A program made the position numbers and the translations under genes. A stretch of 63,607 nt of DNA, counting the filler, from Candidatus Ancaeobacter aquaticus (lineage in GTDB: Bacteria; Auribacterota; Ancaeobacteria; Ancaeobacterales; Ancaeobacteraceae): NCBI GenBank assembly GCA_030765405.1. It is 7 parts of 7 records of this genome, joined end to end, with 100 filler letters (N's around TTAATTAATTAA, not from the genome) between each part and the next. Parts side by side here need not be neighbours in the genome. Positions count along the whole stretch, not along the records: positions 21,236 to 30,674 come from JAVCCP010000066.1; positions 30,775 to 33,010 come from JAVCCP010000067.1; positions 33,111 to 54,405 come from JAVCCP010000002.1; 4 more parts are not named here. The stretch is one strand, 5' to 3'. Shown one piece after another: positions 30,079-43,049 of the stretch. Numbering within the stretch: the first letter of the stretch is position 1; every line of letters starts with the position of its first letter. A model generated the notes under the pieces. That model made no database searches, had not been told where the DNA came from, and saw only the letters and a program-made list of their open reading frames with translations.

Positions 30079-30507
30079 AAATTTGTCCTATAGATTATTG
30101 TTAAATACATCATTAAGCGTATTATACATCATAATTCTCATCATGTCAAGGCGACCACGAAAAAATCAACGATTCCGCATATCGGATGAAAAACACTTTA
30201 AAATAGTCACTTATGGTCAACAAATAATCGGAGTCAGATTCTCGTGATATTTTTTTCTCCGTGAAACGCTTATTCCGGCCGGTATTTCATGGGAGGAAAG
30301 ACACCTTTCCCGGTGAGTTTTAAAAACGCTAACAATATAATCATCAAGGGGGATATTTCTGTTTTTATGGAGCGCGACAGCTCGCAGACAATGGGATATC
30401 TCTCCGAACGGAATACACTGCGCTTCGCTTGTGTTTTTCTAGTCTCGTATAGATTAAAACCCGTATTTTCAAACGGGTTCAAATATCCTTCGAGGATTCA
30501 CATAAAA

Positions 30508-30539
30508 GAAAAGAGAGGCTGAACACAGCCTCTCTTTTC
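30508..30539. terminator. Terminator-like hairpin
   Basis: GAAAAGAGAGGCTG aaca CAGCCTCTCTTTTC perfect stem with T tail. Confidence 0.6.
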
Positions 30540-30674
30540 TTAAAATTCGACGTTGAAAACTCTCTATATCAAACCGTTGCAGATCGGTTTATAGTAAGTA
30601 GTTACACAGGCACAAACGGTAAAATACTATTAGACTTTTAAAAGGAAGAAATACCCCTGGCGGAAAGCGTGGGA

Positions 30675-30774
30675 NNNNNNNNNNNNNNNNNNNNNNNNNN
30701 NNNNNNNNNNNNNNNNNNTTAATTAATTAANNNNNNNNNNNNNNNNNNNNNNNNNNNNNNNNNNNNNNNNNNNN
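30675..30774. other. Artificial contig spacer
   Basis: N-run with TTAATTAATTAA. Confidence 0.97.
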
Positions 30775-31821
30775 GACTCTTCAGTTGCCGCATTTTTTTT
30801 AGCACGAGACGGGTATGATGCTATTGGTCTTACCATGAAGGTATGGCAAGACGAATGTATTAAAACCGATAGAGAAAACTGTTGCGGTCCGCGTGCACTT
30901 ACCGATGTTAGAAAGATCTGTCATATTCTCAAAATCCCTTATTATGTTCTTCGATGTGAAAAAGAATTCAAAAAACGTGTCATAGACTATTTTTGCCAAG
31001 AATATTCCAATGGGAGAACACCGAACCCCTGTGTTATCTGTAACGATAAACTGAAATTTGAAACATCACTAGAAAAAGCACGTGAGTTTGGTGCTGATAC
31101 GATTGCAACAGGGCATTATGCGAGAATACACGAGAGGGTGGTTTGTGGTAAAAAACGATATGTTTTGGCTAAGGGTGTTGATAAAAAAAAGGATCAATCA
31201 TATTTTTTGTTCAATCTTACACAAAAACAGTTGCGTCACGTGGTGTTCCCGTTAGGAGAGTTGGGTAAAGATGAGGTAAGAAAGGTCGCAAAAGAGAATG
31301 GCTTTCCTGTTCATGATAAAAAGGACAGCACAGAAATATGTTTTATCCCTGATAATGATTACAAGTCATTTCTAAAGAAGCAGCATGTTAAGGTGAAAAA
31401 AGGAAATATTGTTGATACGGAAGGAAAAGTATTAGGAACTCATGAGGGGATACAGTTTTATACGATTGGGCAACGACGTGGTATTGGGATAGCCGCAAAA
31501 AACCCATATTATGTTGTGCGTATTGATGTAGAGAAAAACATAGTCATTGTCGGTGATAATGATGATCTCCTGAGAAAAGACTGTGTTGTAAATGAAGTCA
31601 ACTGGGGGGCTATTACGTCATTAGATGCGAAGATGAATGTTACCGCTAAGATACGGTATAATTCTCCTGCAGTATCTGCGGTGATTTATCCTTTAGCTAA
31701 GAAAAAAGTTAGGGTAGTTTTTAAGACAGTGCAGCGAGCAGTTGCGCCGGGGCAGGCTGCGGTATTTTATGACGGAGACGATGTTGTCGGGGGAGGATGG
31801 ATAACGCATGAAAAAGATTGA
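30775..31821 (+). CDS. mnmA: tRNA 2-thiouridine synthase, 5' end lost in gap
   Basis: Frame open from contig start (DSSVAA...); TPNPCVICN, ATGHYA, KDQSYFL, DSTEICF, APGQAAVFY. Confidence 0.95.
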   Translation, partial: DSSVAAFFLARDGYDAIGLTMKVWQDECIKTDRENCCGPRALTDVRKICHILKIPYYVLRCEKEFKKRVIDYFCQEYSNGRTPNPCVICNDKLKFETSLEKAREFGADTIATGHYARIHERVVCGKKRYVLAKGVDKKKDQSYFLFNLTQKQLRHVVFPLGELGKDEVRKVAKENGFPVHDKKDSTEICFIPDNDYKSFLKKQHVKVKKGNIVDTEGKVLGTHEGIQFYTIGQRRGIGIAAKNPYYVVRIDVEKNIVIVGDNDDLLRKDCVVNEVNWGAITSLDAKMNVTAKIRYNSPAVSAVIYPLAKKKVRVVFKTVQRAVAPGQAAVFYDGDDVVGGGWITHEKD

Positions 31822-32287
31822 ACGTATTATTCAGGATTGGTGTGTTCTAAAAGGAATCACTGTAGGGGTTGCAGAGTCATGTACTGGAGGTTTGCTATCA
31901 AAAAGACTAACTGATATATCCGGGTCTTCAGATTATTTTTATGGTGGTATGGTGTCGTATAATAACAGTGTAAAGATAAAACTGCTTGGCGTGAAAAAAA
32001 CGACTCTTGTTCGATACGGCGCGGTAAGTGACCGGACTGCTTGTGAGATGGCTCTCGGTGTGTGTAAAGAAATGAGCGTTGATATTGGTGTTTCCATTAC
32101 CGGTATAGCCGGTCCCTCGGGTGCTACAAAAACGAAACCAGTAGGCACAGTTTATATCGGCATAGTAGTGAAGAAAAAGGTTACGTCTCAAAAATATCGG
32201 TTTACCGGTACAAGAACACAGATAAGAGAAAAAGCAGTGAGTGCTGCATTAAAACTTCTTAAAAAAGTTGTTTCTGTGTGGGTGTGA
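31808..32287 (+). CDS. pncC: CinA C-terminal domain / NMN amidohydrolase
   Basis: AESCTGGL, GSSDYF, SITGIAGPSG. Confidence 0.88.
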   Translation: MKKIERIIQDWCVLKGITVGVAESCTGGLLSKRLTDISGSSDYFYGGMVSYNNSVKIKLLGVKKTTLVRYGAVSDRTACEMALGVCKEMSVDIGVSITGIAGPSGATKTKPVGTVYIGIVVKKKVTSQKYRFTGTRTQIREKAVSAALKLLKKVVSVWV

Positions 32288-32298
32288 AATAATAATAT

Positions 32299-32865
32299 AT
32301 GGATACAATACGTACTTTTATTGCAGTAACACTTTCCCTAGAAATAAAAGATTCTCTTAATGATGCACAACGACGTATAAGTATATCTGATATCAATGCA
32401 AAGTGGGTTCACCCGGAAAATATTCATGTAACACTAAAATTTCTTGGAGATACACCAGTAGATAAGATTGATGATATCAAAGGAATATTAGCGGCGATAA
32501 CGCAAAAACATAGCACATTTCCTGTTACACTGAAAAATATTGGTCTTTTTCCTAACGAACGTAAACCACGGGTGATATGGGCTGGTATCACTGAGGGAGC
32601 ACATATCATTGCACAGATTGCGGCTGAAATAGAAAATGAGCTTAAACCTATTGGTTTTGAGAAAAAAGATCGTTTATTTGTGCCTCATATTACCATTGGA
32701 CGGATAAAATCTGGTCCCTCAACAAGAAAGTTACTTGATATCGTAGACGATATGCAGGATAATGATTTTGGACAAATGCAGGTTAAGAGTATAACATTCA
32801 TTAAAAGTACGCTTACCAAAGATGGTCCACTATATGATATTATACATGAGGCACAACTAACATAA
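32299..32865 (+). CDS. thpR: RNA 2',3'-cyclic phosphodiesterase (2H family)
   Basis: RTFIA, HVTLKFLG, PHITIGR. Confidence 0.92.
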   Translation: MDTIRTFIAVTLSLEIKDSLNDAQRRISISDINAKWVHPENIHVTLKFLGDTPVDKIDDIKGILAAITQKHSTFPVTLKNIGLFPNERKPRVIWAGITEGAHIIAQIAAEIENELKPIGFEKKDRLFVPHITIGRIKSGPSTRKLLDIVDDMQDNDFGQMQVKSITFIKSTLTKDGPLYDIIHEAQLT

Positions 32866-32923
32866 ATATAAAGATATAGTAACTATAAATAATGAAGACT
32901 TCTGCGAAATGACGTTTAGCGGA

Positions 32924-32957
32924 GTCATCGCGAGGAGCGAAGCGAGGAAGCGATCTC
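32924..32957. repeat. REP-like intergenic palindromic unit running into contig end
   Basis: GTCATCGCGAGGAGCGAAGCGAGGAAGCGATCTC resembles widespread GTCATTGCGAG...GCAATCT REP-like units. Confidence 0.5.
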
Positions 32958-33010
32958 GAGAAGAGTAAGAAGTAGAGCAAAAGCAACGGGATAGCAAACG
33001 ATTGCCGAAA

Positions 33011-33110
33011 NNNNNNNNNNNNNNNNNNNNNNNNNNNNNNNNNNNNNNNNNNNNTTAATTAATTAANNNNNNNNNNNNNNNNNNNNNNNNNNNNNNNNNN
33101 NNNNNNNNNN
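33011..33110. other. Artificial contig spacer
   Basis: N-run with TTAATTAATTAA. Confidence 0.97.
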
Positions 33111-33310
33111 AAACATAAGTAAAATCACCTCTCTTTATTAATTATATTCCGATATTTATATGATGCTATCGGATTATAACACAAAAAAAATAGTTGGCAA
33201 TATAAATAGTTGGCAATATTTACAGATTTTTACTCCCTTAACTTAACACCTATGGGGGGAACCACACCGACGCGGTGAGGCTAGCCGCCGGCGGAAAATA
33301 TCCCCCTATA

Positions 33311-33338
33311 CGCTAAACGCTATCCGCTCTACGCTACA
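33311..33338. repeat. Intergenic heptamer tandem repeat
   Basis: CGCTAAA CGCTATC CGCTCTA CGCTACA just after archease stop. Confidence 0.65.
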
Positions 33339-33343
33339 ACTTT

Positions 33344-33772
33344 CTATACATCCAAAATTACTTCTGTTTTATATGTGTAATTTTCGTGTGTGATTTTAAG
33401 ATTATGATATGTTGCGGCTTTTATTTCTTTTGCATATTTTCTGTCTTCAACAGCTATATTATTAAAAATGCATTTCGCTGAGAGGTTGATGCTTGCTGCA
33501 AATTCAATTTTTGCAGATTCAAAAAGCATGTGTTCTGTATAAAAGAGATATAAAATATCATTTAGCCAATCAACAAAGAGATCTTCTATTGTATCTGCGT
33601 GTAGATTAATTTCTTTTTCAATACTATTTTTGAAAGGAACTTTCTCTGGAAAGATTTGAAGTGCGAGACCGCATGCTGCCTGCAAGAATAATTCTGCGTA
33701 GCTTTTTGCGGTAACCGTCATCGAAATATCAGCGGTATGGGCATTAAAGGTGTATGGCTTTTCATTATTCAT
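33344..33772 (-). CDS. Archease
   Basis: HTADI, LFVDWLNDILYL, EIKAATYH, VILDV C-terminus. Confidence 0.92.
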   Translation of the reverse strand: MNNEKPYTFNAHTADISMTVTAKSYAELFLQAACGLALQIFPEKVPFKNSIEKEINLHADTIEDLFVDWLNDILYLFYTEHMLFESAKIEFAASINLSAKCIFNNIAVEDRKYAKEIKAATYHNLKITHENYTYKTEVILDV

Positions 33773-33791
33773 GTTTTTACCACAAATGAAA

Positions 33792-33818
33792 AAGGGCCCC
33801 GATTGAATCAGGGCCCTT
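33792..33818 (-). terminator. Intrinsic terminator after gyrA
   Basis: AAGGGCCC stem followed by T-run on minus strand. Confidence 0.7.
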
Positions 33819-33837
33819 GTAGATTACTTATTCTTTA

Positions 33838-36318
33838 TTACACATTTGTAGGTTCTTTATTTTCATCTTCAATTGCTTCTGCTACCTTTGCCTCGTCTTC
33901 TTCTATGACACGTGTTACCGCGACAAGCCTGTCACCCTTATCAAGATTAATGAGGCGTACGCCTTGCGTGTTTCTTCCAATAATCCGTATTGCCTTTACA
34001 CCGACACGAACCATCTTGCCATTGGCTGAAATCATCATGATCTCATCGTTATCAACGACTTTATTAACACCAACAACTCTACCGTTTTTGTCCGTTGTCT
34101 TTACCGCAATTATACCTTTTCCTGCTCTGCTTTGTGTGCGATACTCATCAAAGTTTGTTCGTTTTCCATACCCGTTTTCCGTAACAACAAGAAGCGTCGC
34201 ATCAGTTTCAACCACCTCAATGCTTTCAACTTCATCCTTTTTGTTGAGCTTGATTCCTCTCACTCCACGAGTGGCTCGTCCTTGATCTTTTGCTTGAGCT
34301 GTCGGGAAACGTATAGATTGACCTTCACGTGTCGCAAGAACGATCTCATCGTCCTGTTTTGTCAGTGCCACACCGATAAGCTCGTCACCCTTATCAATAT
34401 TGATCGCTATAATGCCGCCTGTCCGTGGATTGCTATATAGTGACAACTTGGTTTTCTTTACCACTCCAAGCTTTGTTGCCATAAAAATACTGCGCGTTTC
34501 ATCAAACTCTCGTATGCAAAGCATCGCGGCAACTTTTTTATCCGCGGCTATATTTAAAAGATTAACTATCGCTTTACCTTTTGTTGCGCGGCCGCCTTCG
34601 GGAACTTCATAGACTTTTTGCCAGTGAACCATCCCGTCTTCGGTAAAAAACAATATGTAGTCATGTGTTGACGCGGTAAAGAGATGCTCTACATAATCTT
34701 CTTCTTTTGTCTCCATTCCGGAAACACCTTTCCCGCCACGTCGCTGTTGCCTGTATAGGCTGACAGATGTCCTCTTAATATATCCACGATGAGAGATAGT
34801 TATAAGACATCCCTCATTTGCGATAAGGTCTTCTATCTTTAATTCTTTTTCGTCCGGCACAATATCGGTACGGCGAGGATCACCATATCGTTTCTTGAGA
34901 TCGTCTAGATCTTCTTTAATAAGGCCAAGCACTTTCTGTTCACTTTCAAGAATTGATTTAAGATAATTAATTCTTTTTATAAGTTCAAGGTACTCCGCTT
35001 CGATCTTTTCTATTTCAAGACCAGTTAACTGATAGAGCCTCATTTCAAGTATTGCATTTGCCTGTATTTCGCTTAGCTTAAACTTTGAAAGAAGTTTTGC
35101 TCTGGCCATATTTCTATCTTTTGCCGCGCGGATTATTTTTACTATTTCACCGATATTCGCTATCGCGATTTTGAACCCTTCAAGGATGTGCGCTCTGTGT
35201 TCAGCTTTTGCGAGCTCGAACTTTGTTCTGCGAAAGATAACCTCTTTGCGATGATCAATGTAGCAGATCATCATTTCTTTAATGTTCATAACGCGCGGTT
35301 TGCCCTTATCAAGCGCAAGCATTATCGCACCAAACGTATCCTGCATTTGTGTGTGCTTGTAAAGCTGGTTTAAAACAACCCTCGCAAGCTCACCTCGACG
35401 TAATTCTATAACGATTCTCATGCCGTCTTTATCAGACTCATCACGAATGTCAGTAATCCCGGGAATTACTTTATTATTAACTAAATCTGCAATCTTTGTT
35501 ATGAGATTGGATTTATTTACGGTGTACGGTATTTCAGTAACAATAATTGATTCTTTGCCAGATTTTGCTGGTTCAATACCCGCACGTGCACGCATCTTTA
35601 TAAGGCCGCGACCTGTTTCGTACATTCTTTTTATCTCTTCTACGCCACAGATAAGTCCACCAGTAGGGAAATCCGGGCCCTTTACAACTTTCGTAATATT
35701 TTTTATTGGTATTTCAGGGTCGTCTATAAGCAGTTTTAATCCGTCAACAATTTCATCAAGATTGTGTGGAGGAATGTTTGTTGCCATTCCGACTGCAATA
35801 CCGCTTGATCCATTGATCAATAAATTTGGAACTTTAGCTGGCAAGACAACAGGTTCTGAGAGAGTCTCATCAAAATTTGGCCTGAAATCCACCGTGTCTT
35901 TTTCAATATCTACCAGAATTTCTTCTGCTATTTTAGCCATGCGTACTTCGGTATATCTCATAGCCGCGGCACTATCTCCATCAATCGACCCAAAGTTACC
36001 TTGTCCGTCAATCAGAGGATAGCGCAATGAGAAGTCCTGCACTAATCGTACCATGGTGTCATATACCGCTGAGTCACCATGCGGATGGAATTTACCAAGC
36101 ACTTCACCGACAATACGGGCAGATTTTTTGTGCGGTTTGTTGTGTGTATTACTAATCTCATTCATTGCAAAAAGCACTCTGCGATGCACCGGCTTTAATC
36201 CGTCACGCGCATCAGGTAATGCACGGCCAACAATGACGCTCATTGAATAATCAATATATGATTTCTTCATTTCATCTTCGATGAGAACAGGAACTATTTT
36301 TTCATTTCGTGTATACAA
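33838..36318 (-). CDS. gyrA: DNA gyrase subunit A
   Basis: FHPHGDSAVY, AAMRYTE, GyrA box QRRGGKG. Confidence 0.98.
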   Translation of the reverse strand: MYTRNEKIVPVLIEDEMKKSYIDYSMSVIVGRALPDARDGLKPVHRRVLFAMNEISNTHNKPHKKSARIVGEVLGKFHPHGDSAVYDTMVRLVQDFSLRYPLIDGQGNFGSIDGDSAAAMRYTEVRMAKIAEEILVDIEKDTVDFRPNFDETLSEPVVLPAKVPNLLINGSSGIAVGMATNIPPHNLDEIVDGLKLLIDDPEIPIKNITKVVKGPDFPTGGLICGVEEIKRMYETGRGLIKMRARAGIEPAKSGKESIIVTEIPYTVNKSNLITKIADLVNNKVIPGITDIRDESDKDGMRIVIELRRGELARVVLNQLYKHTQMQDTFGAIMLALDKGKPRVMNIKEMMICYIDHRKEVIFRRTKFELAKAEHRAHILEGFKIAIANIGEIVKIIRAAKDRNMARAKLLSKFKLSEIQANAILEMRLYQLTGLEIEKIEAEYLELIKRINYLKSILESEQKVLGLIKEDLDDLKKRYGDPRRTDIVPDEKELKIEDLIANEGCLITISHRGYIKRTSVSLYRQQRRGGKGVSGMETKEEDYVEHLFTASTHDYILFFTEDGMVHWQKVYEVPEGGRATKGKAIVNLLNIAADKKVAAMLCIREFDETRSIFMATKLGVVKKTKLSLYSNPRTGGIIAINIDKGDELIGVALTKQDDEIVLATREGQSIRFPTAQAKDQGRATRGVRGIKLNKKDEVESIEVVETDATLLVVTENGYGKRTNFDEYRTQSRAGKGIIAVKTTDKNGRVVGVNKVVDNDEIMMISANGKMVRVGVKAIRIIGRNTQGVRLINLDKGDRLVAVTRVIEEDEAKVAEAIEDENKEPTNV

Positions 36319-36410
36319 CGTACAACTCCTTTATAAAGTTTTATTATTTATATCTTCTTAAAATTGTTTTTATATTTTTTCTATGAACGAGCAATTATGA
36401 ACTAAATAAT

Positions 36411-39175
<2,765 letters not shown>

Positions 39176-39179
39176 ACCG

Positions 39180-40274
39180 CTACGTAAGTCTCATTGGCAT
39201 AATAACATATACATAATTTTCATCAGTCTTAATAATGCCTGGGCTTGCTGAATCTATGAGCTCAACAAATACTGATTCATCATCTAACGCCTTAAGCACA
39301 TCTAGTAAATACACCGGATTGAATGCTACCGTCAACTCTTTTCCATCATATTTTATAGGAACTTCTTCGCGTGCCTCACCAACATCTGGTGTATTGATCG
39401 AAATTGTTAATATATCCTTAGCAAAACACATTTTCACCGAATTAAGCCGTTCGCTGACTAACACGCTCACACGCTTAACCGCACTCAAAAACTCTTCCCT
39501 TGCAACAGATACCCTTTCATTAATTTTACTTGGTATAACCTGCTGATAATTGGGAAATGCACCCTCTATCAAACGTGATACCAGCATACTCTCATCCATA
39601 TCAAATGCTACTTGATTGGCTGCAAATGATATCCTCATAGATCCTTCATCTTTTAATATACGCGAAAGTTCAAGTATAGCCTTTGCAGGAATAATAGCTG
39701 ACACCTTCACGCTAGAAGGAATCTCTTGCTCTTTTTCAATAAGTGCAAGTCTCCTACCATCAGTAGCTACTGCTAATATTTTACCGTCCTTTACTACCAA
39801 AGATATGCCGTTTAGTACGTATCGAGTCTCATCATGAGATATAGCAAACGCTGTTTTCTTAATAATATCTTTAAATACTTTCTGATCGATTTTAAATGAA
39901 GCGGTATCTGCAAAATGAGGTAATTTAGGAAACTCGTCTTTCCCCATACCCATAATTTTAAAAAATGATGCCCCACATTTAATGGAGGTAATATTGTTGT
40001 CTGTTGCATCAAGACTCACCTGCTGGCTTGGAAGTTCCCGCATAATATTTGACAAACGTTTTGCCGGAAGGGTTGTATGTCCCTCTTGACTTACTTTTGC
40101 AGGAAATCGGCATTTAATACCAACTTCAAGATCTGTTGTAGTAAGAGCAATAGAATCTTTTTCAGCTTCAATTAACACATTTGATAAAATTGGTAACGTT
40201 GTTTTTGTGCTGACAATATTTTGTACCATTTGTATACAACCTAAGAAAGTATCTCGACCACATTGCACTTTCAT
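39180..40274 (-). CDS. dnaN: DNA polymerase III beta clamp
   Basis: PILSNVL, DETRYVLNG, ATDGRRL, FPNY, VIMPMRL. Confidence 0.97.
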   Translation of the reverse strand: MKVQCGRDTFLGCIQMVQNIVSTKTTLPILSNVLIEAEKDSIALTTTDLEVGIKCRFPAKVSQEGHTTLPAKRLSNIMRELPSQQVSLDATDNNITSIKCGASFFKIMGMGKDEFPKLPHFADTASFKIDQKVFKDIIKKTAFAISHDETRYVLNGISLVVKDGKILAVATDGRRLALIEKEQEIPSSVKVSAIIPAKAILELSRILKDEGSMRISFAANQVAFDMDESMLVSRLIEGAFPNYQQVIPSKINERVSVAREEFLSAVKRVSVLVSERLNSVKMCFAKDILTISINTPDVGEAREEVPIKYDGKELTVAFNPVYLLDVLKALDDESVFVELIDSASPGIIKTDENYVYVIMPMRLT

Positions 40275-40499
40275 ATCTTCCTCCTCGTTATCAACATTCC
40301 CTATATATACTATATACTATAGATATTAAATTAATAGTAGTAGTAGTTATTATGCTCTGTGAATAATAGGTTTTTCCCAGTAAAGCACTCTTGAGTATCT
40401 TGTGGATAAAATGCTAAAAACCCTAACGTTGTTAACAGGTAAAAAAAATGTCAAAGTTATAAACAAGTTATCAACAGCATCTACACACATGTATTAAAG
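40275..40499. promoter_or_regulatory. oriC: Chromosomal replication origin (oriC unwinding region)
   Basis: DnaA boxes 40358-40366, 40401-40409 (perfect), 40457-40465, 40468-40476; TAG trios 40335-40346; AT-rich tract. Confidence 0.85.
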
Positions 40500-41849
40500 T
40501 TACATCTTTATTCTTTTAATAAGCACATTAACATTCTTACGCAAAGAATAATCTTCCTTCATCTTTGATTCAATGAGTCTCACCGCATGGAGAACCGTTG
40601 AATGATCTCGTCCGCCAAATGCCTCTCCTATTTCAGGAAGAGAGTGAGAGGTTAACGATCGAGAGAGATACATCGCGATCTGTCGAGGAAACGCAATTGT
40701 TTTTGGACGTTTCCGGCTTTTCATATCAGCGACTCGAATATCGTAAAGTTCAGCAACCTTCTTTTGTATAGTATCCATACCAATGATCTCGGATTCTTCC
40801 GTAACAAGAAGATCCTGCAGGACTTCTTCAGCGATCTCTATTGTTAATTTACTTCCCGTTAATGAAGCATAAGAGACCACCCTGATCAAGGCCCCTTCAA
40901 GTTTTCTAATATTTGATTTAATGCGATTTGCCAAAAAAGTAGCGATTTCGTCGGGAAGATTAAGGTTTGATATCTCAGCTTTTTTGCGTAGAATGGCAAT
41001 GCGTGTTTCAAGATCAGGCGGCTGCATATCGGCAACAAGCCCCCACTCAAAACGATTCACGAGCCGTTCCTGTAATCCAGGAATTTCTTTTGGGTGTCGA
41101 TCGCTTGATAATACAATCTGTTTATGATTATTATGGAGCGTATTAAAAGTATGGAAAAATTCTTCTTGTGTTTGCTCTTTTCCTTCGAGAAATTGAATGT
41201 CGTCAATTAAAATTACATCTACATTTCTAAATGTATTTCTAAATTTTATTGTTGTCCGATTCTGAATGGAAGTAATTAATTGGTTTGTAAAGTCTTCACT
41301 GGAAACATAACAAACGTTCGCTCTTTTGTTTTTTTGCATAAGAAAATGGCCTATACCATGCATGAGATGTGTTTTTCCTAAACCAACGCCGCCATGAATA
41401 AAAAGCGGGTTATATATCTTTGCGGGTGATTGAGCGACGGCAACACAGGCAGCATGACAGAACCTGTTTGATGAGCCGATAACAAAACTATCAAATGTAT
41501 ACTTAGAATTAAATGAAGGCGTTGCGCCTGGTTTCTTTGCTCTTGCAACTGGACGAAATTGTTTTACGGGCGTTTCTTTTTTTATCTGTTGTTCTTTCGA
41601 CGGAAGGACAGAAAAAATTATCTTGATACGTTGCCCTGTAATTTCTTCGAGAGATTTTTCAATAAGTGTATGGTAATGTTCTTTTACCCAATCACAATAA
41701 AATTTATTAGGTGCAGAAATTTCAAAAGCAGTATCAGACAATGAAACAGGACACAACGGCTTGAACCATGTTTCGTAAATTGTTGTTCCAAGATTTTCTT
41801 CAATCTTATCTTTAAGTGAATTCCAAAGCGTTGCAGAGTTAGAGCTCAA
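40500..41849 (-). CDS. dnaA: Chromosomal replication initiator
   Basis: YNPLFIHGGVGLGKTHL, IDDIQF, RDHSTVLHA; TTG start. Confidence 0.98.
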   Translation of the reverse strand: MSSNSATLWNSLKDKIEENLGTTIYETWFKPLCPVSLSDTAFEISAPNKFYCDWVKEHYHTLIEKSLEEITGQRIKIIFSVLPSKEQQIKKETPVKQFRPVARAKKPGATPSFNSKYTFDSFVIGSSNRFCHAACVAVAQSPAKIYNPLFIHGGVGLGKTHLMHGIGHFLMQKNKRANVCYVSSEDFTNQLITSIQNRTTIKFRNTFRNVDVILIDDIQFLEGKEQTQEEFFHTFNTLHNNHKQIVLSSDRHPKEIPGLQERLVNRFEWGLVADMQPPDLETRIAILRKKAEISNLNLPDEIATFLANRIKSNIRKLEGALIRVVSYASLTGSKLTIEIAEEVLQDLLVTEESEIIGMDTIQKKVAELYDIRVADMKSRKRPKTIAFPRQIAMYLSRSLTSHSLPEIGEAFGGRDHSTVLHAVRLIESKMKEDYSLRKNVNVLIKRIKM

Positions 41850-42114
41850 TGTTAAAATCCTTTATATCGAAAAGCCAAAAGCGGCAGTTTATCATTGGTG
41901 TTAAACGCGAAGTTTTACACATGTAATTTAAGACGGAGTGATTTTACAATTGCGCACACTTTTATGCAAGATAAATTTAGTTATCAACAAAGTTTTCTAC
42001 AGGACACAGAAAAAACGCGCGGCCTGTGGAGAATTAGAAAAAGTAAAATCAGAAAAAAATGAGCGCAACAAGATCACTAAAAAGATTCTAGAAAACGATA
42101 TATTCGTTTTCCGC

Positions 42115-42142
42115 TTGACAGCTAAAACAATTTCTCTATAAT
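42115..42142 (+). promoter_or_regulatory. Sigma70 promoter of rpmH-rnpA-yidD-yidC operon
   Basis: TTGACA-16 nt-TATAAT. Confidence 0.8.
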
Positions 42143-42255
42143 TAGCCGTTTACTATTGGATTCTAAGAAACATCCCTAAAGGGATAATTCGACTAACGAA
42201 ACCCTCATAGCGTTGCTTGTGAGTTTCGAGTCTCATTTTATAATAAGGAGATATC

Positions 42256-42390
42256 ATGAAAAGAACATACCAGCCTTCCAACAGAAGAAGAAGCAGAACT
42301 CACGGTTTTCTCGAGAGAATGAAAACTGCAGGCGGAAGAGCAATCCTAAACCGTCGTCGCAGCAAGGGCAGAAAAAGAGTGAGCCTCTAA
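42256..42390 (+). CDS. rpmH: 50S ribosomal protein L34 (missed by ORF track)
   Basis: [53 protein letters not shown]. Confidence 0.97.
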   Translation: MKRTYQPSNRRRSRTHGFLERMKTAGGRAILNRRRSKGRKRVSL

Positions 42391-42443
42391 AAGTTGGCAT
42401 TAGCACTATTAATAATGGAAAAAGTGAGAATTAGAGCCAAATA

Positions 42444-42833
42444 ATGTGTCCTGCCGAGAAAAAAGCTCTATCAAGATGTACTTTTCGCAAGCATGAGCGA
42501 CTTGTAAAGCAAAAAGAATTCAAGGATATCATCACTCACGGAAAGAAATTCGCCACACAGCATATCCTTTACTATATAAAGAAGAACGAGCTTCCCTATA
42601 ATCGTTTAGGGGTGTCAATATCAAGAAAAACGGGAAACGCAGTCGTTCGAAACCGCTGCAAAAGAAGAATTCGTGAGCTTTTCCGCACACATAAAAAGGA
42701 AATAGCACAAGGATTTGATATCTGCACGGTTATAATAAAAGACATCGGATCTCTAAAGCATGAAGAGCTTAAGACTGCTTATATAAATATGTTACACAAG
42801 ATTGCGGCAAGATTTGGCGAGGATAAATCATGA
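42444..42833 (+). CDS. rnpA: Ribonuclease P protein
   Basis: [25 protein letters not shown]. Confidence 0.95.
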   Translation: MCPAEKKALSRCTFRKHERLVKQKEFKDIITHGKKFATQHILYYIKKNELPYNRLGVSISRKTGNAVVRNRCKRRIRELFRTHKKEIAQGFDICTVIIKDIGSLKHEELKTAYINMLHKIAARFGEDKS

Positions 42834-43042
42834 AAAAAATATTCATGGGAATCATCAAGGGTTATCAAAGATACGTTTCACCGTTTTTTGGGCAGCATTG
42901 CCGGTTTTACCCCTCATGTTCAGAATATGCGAGACAAAGCATAGAGAAAAAAGGGGTTCTGGTTGGCGGCTATTATTCAATTATACGATTATTTAAATGT
43001 CACCCCTTTCATAGCGGTGGATTTGACCCAGTAAAAGAATAG
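42830..43042 (+). CDS. yidD: Membrane protein insertion efficiency factor
   Basis: [17 protein letters not shown]...[13 protein letters not shown]. Confidence 0.96.
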   Translation: MKKIFMGIIKGYQRYVSPFFGQHCRFYPSCSEYARQSIEKKGVLVGGYYSIIRLFKCHPFHSGGFDPVKE

Positions 43043-43049
43043 GAAAGAT

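Noticed and set aside
30270..30522. Short opposing ORFs of 70 and 77 aa
   Set aside because: No recognisable motif or RBS; cannot decide which, if either, is real
32299..33772. thpR and archease converging as an RNA-repair cluster
   Set aside because: They lie on different contigs separated by an artificial spacer
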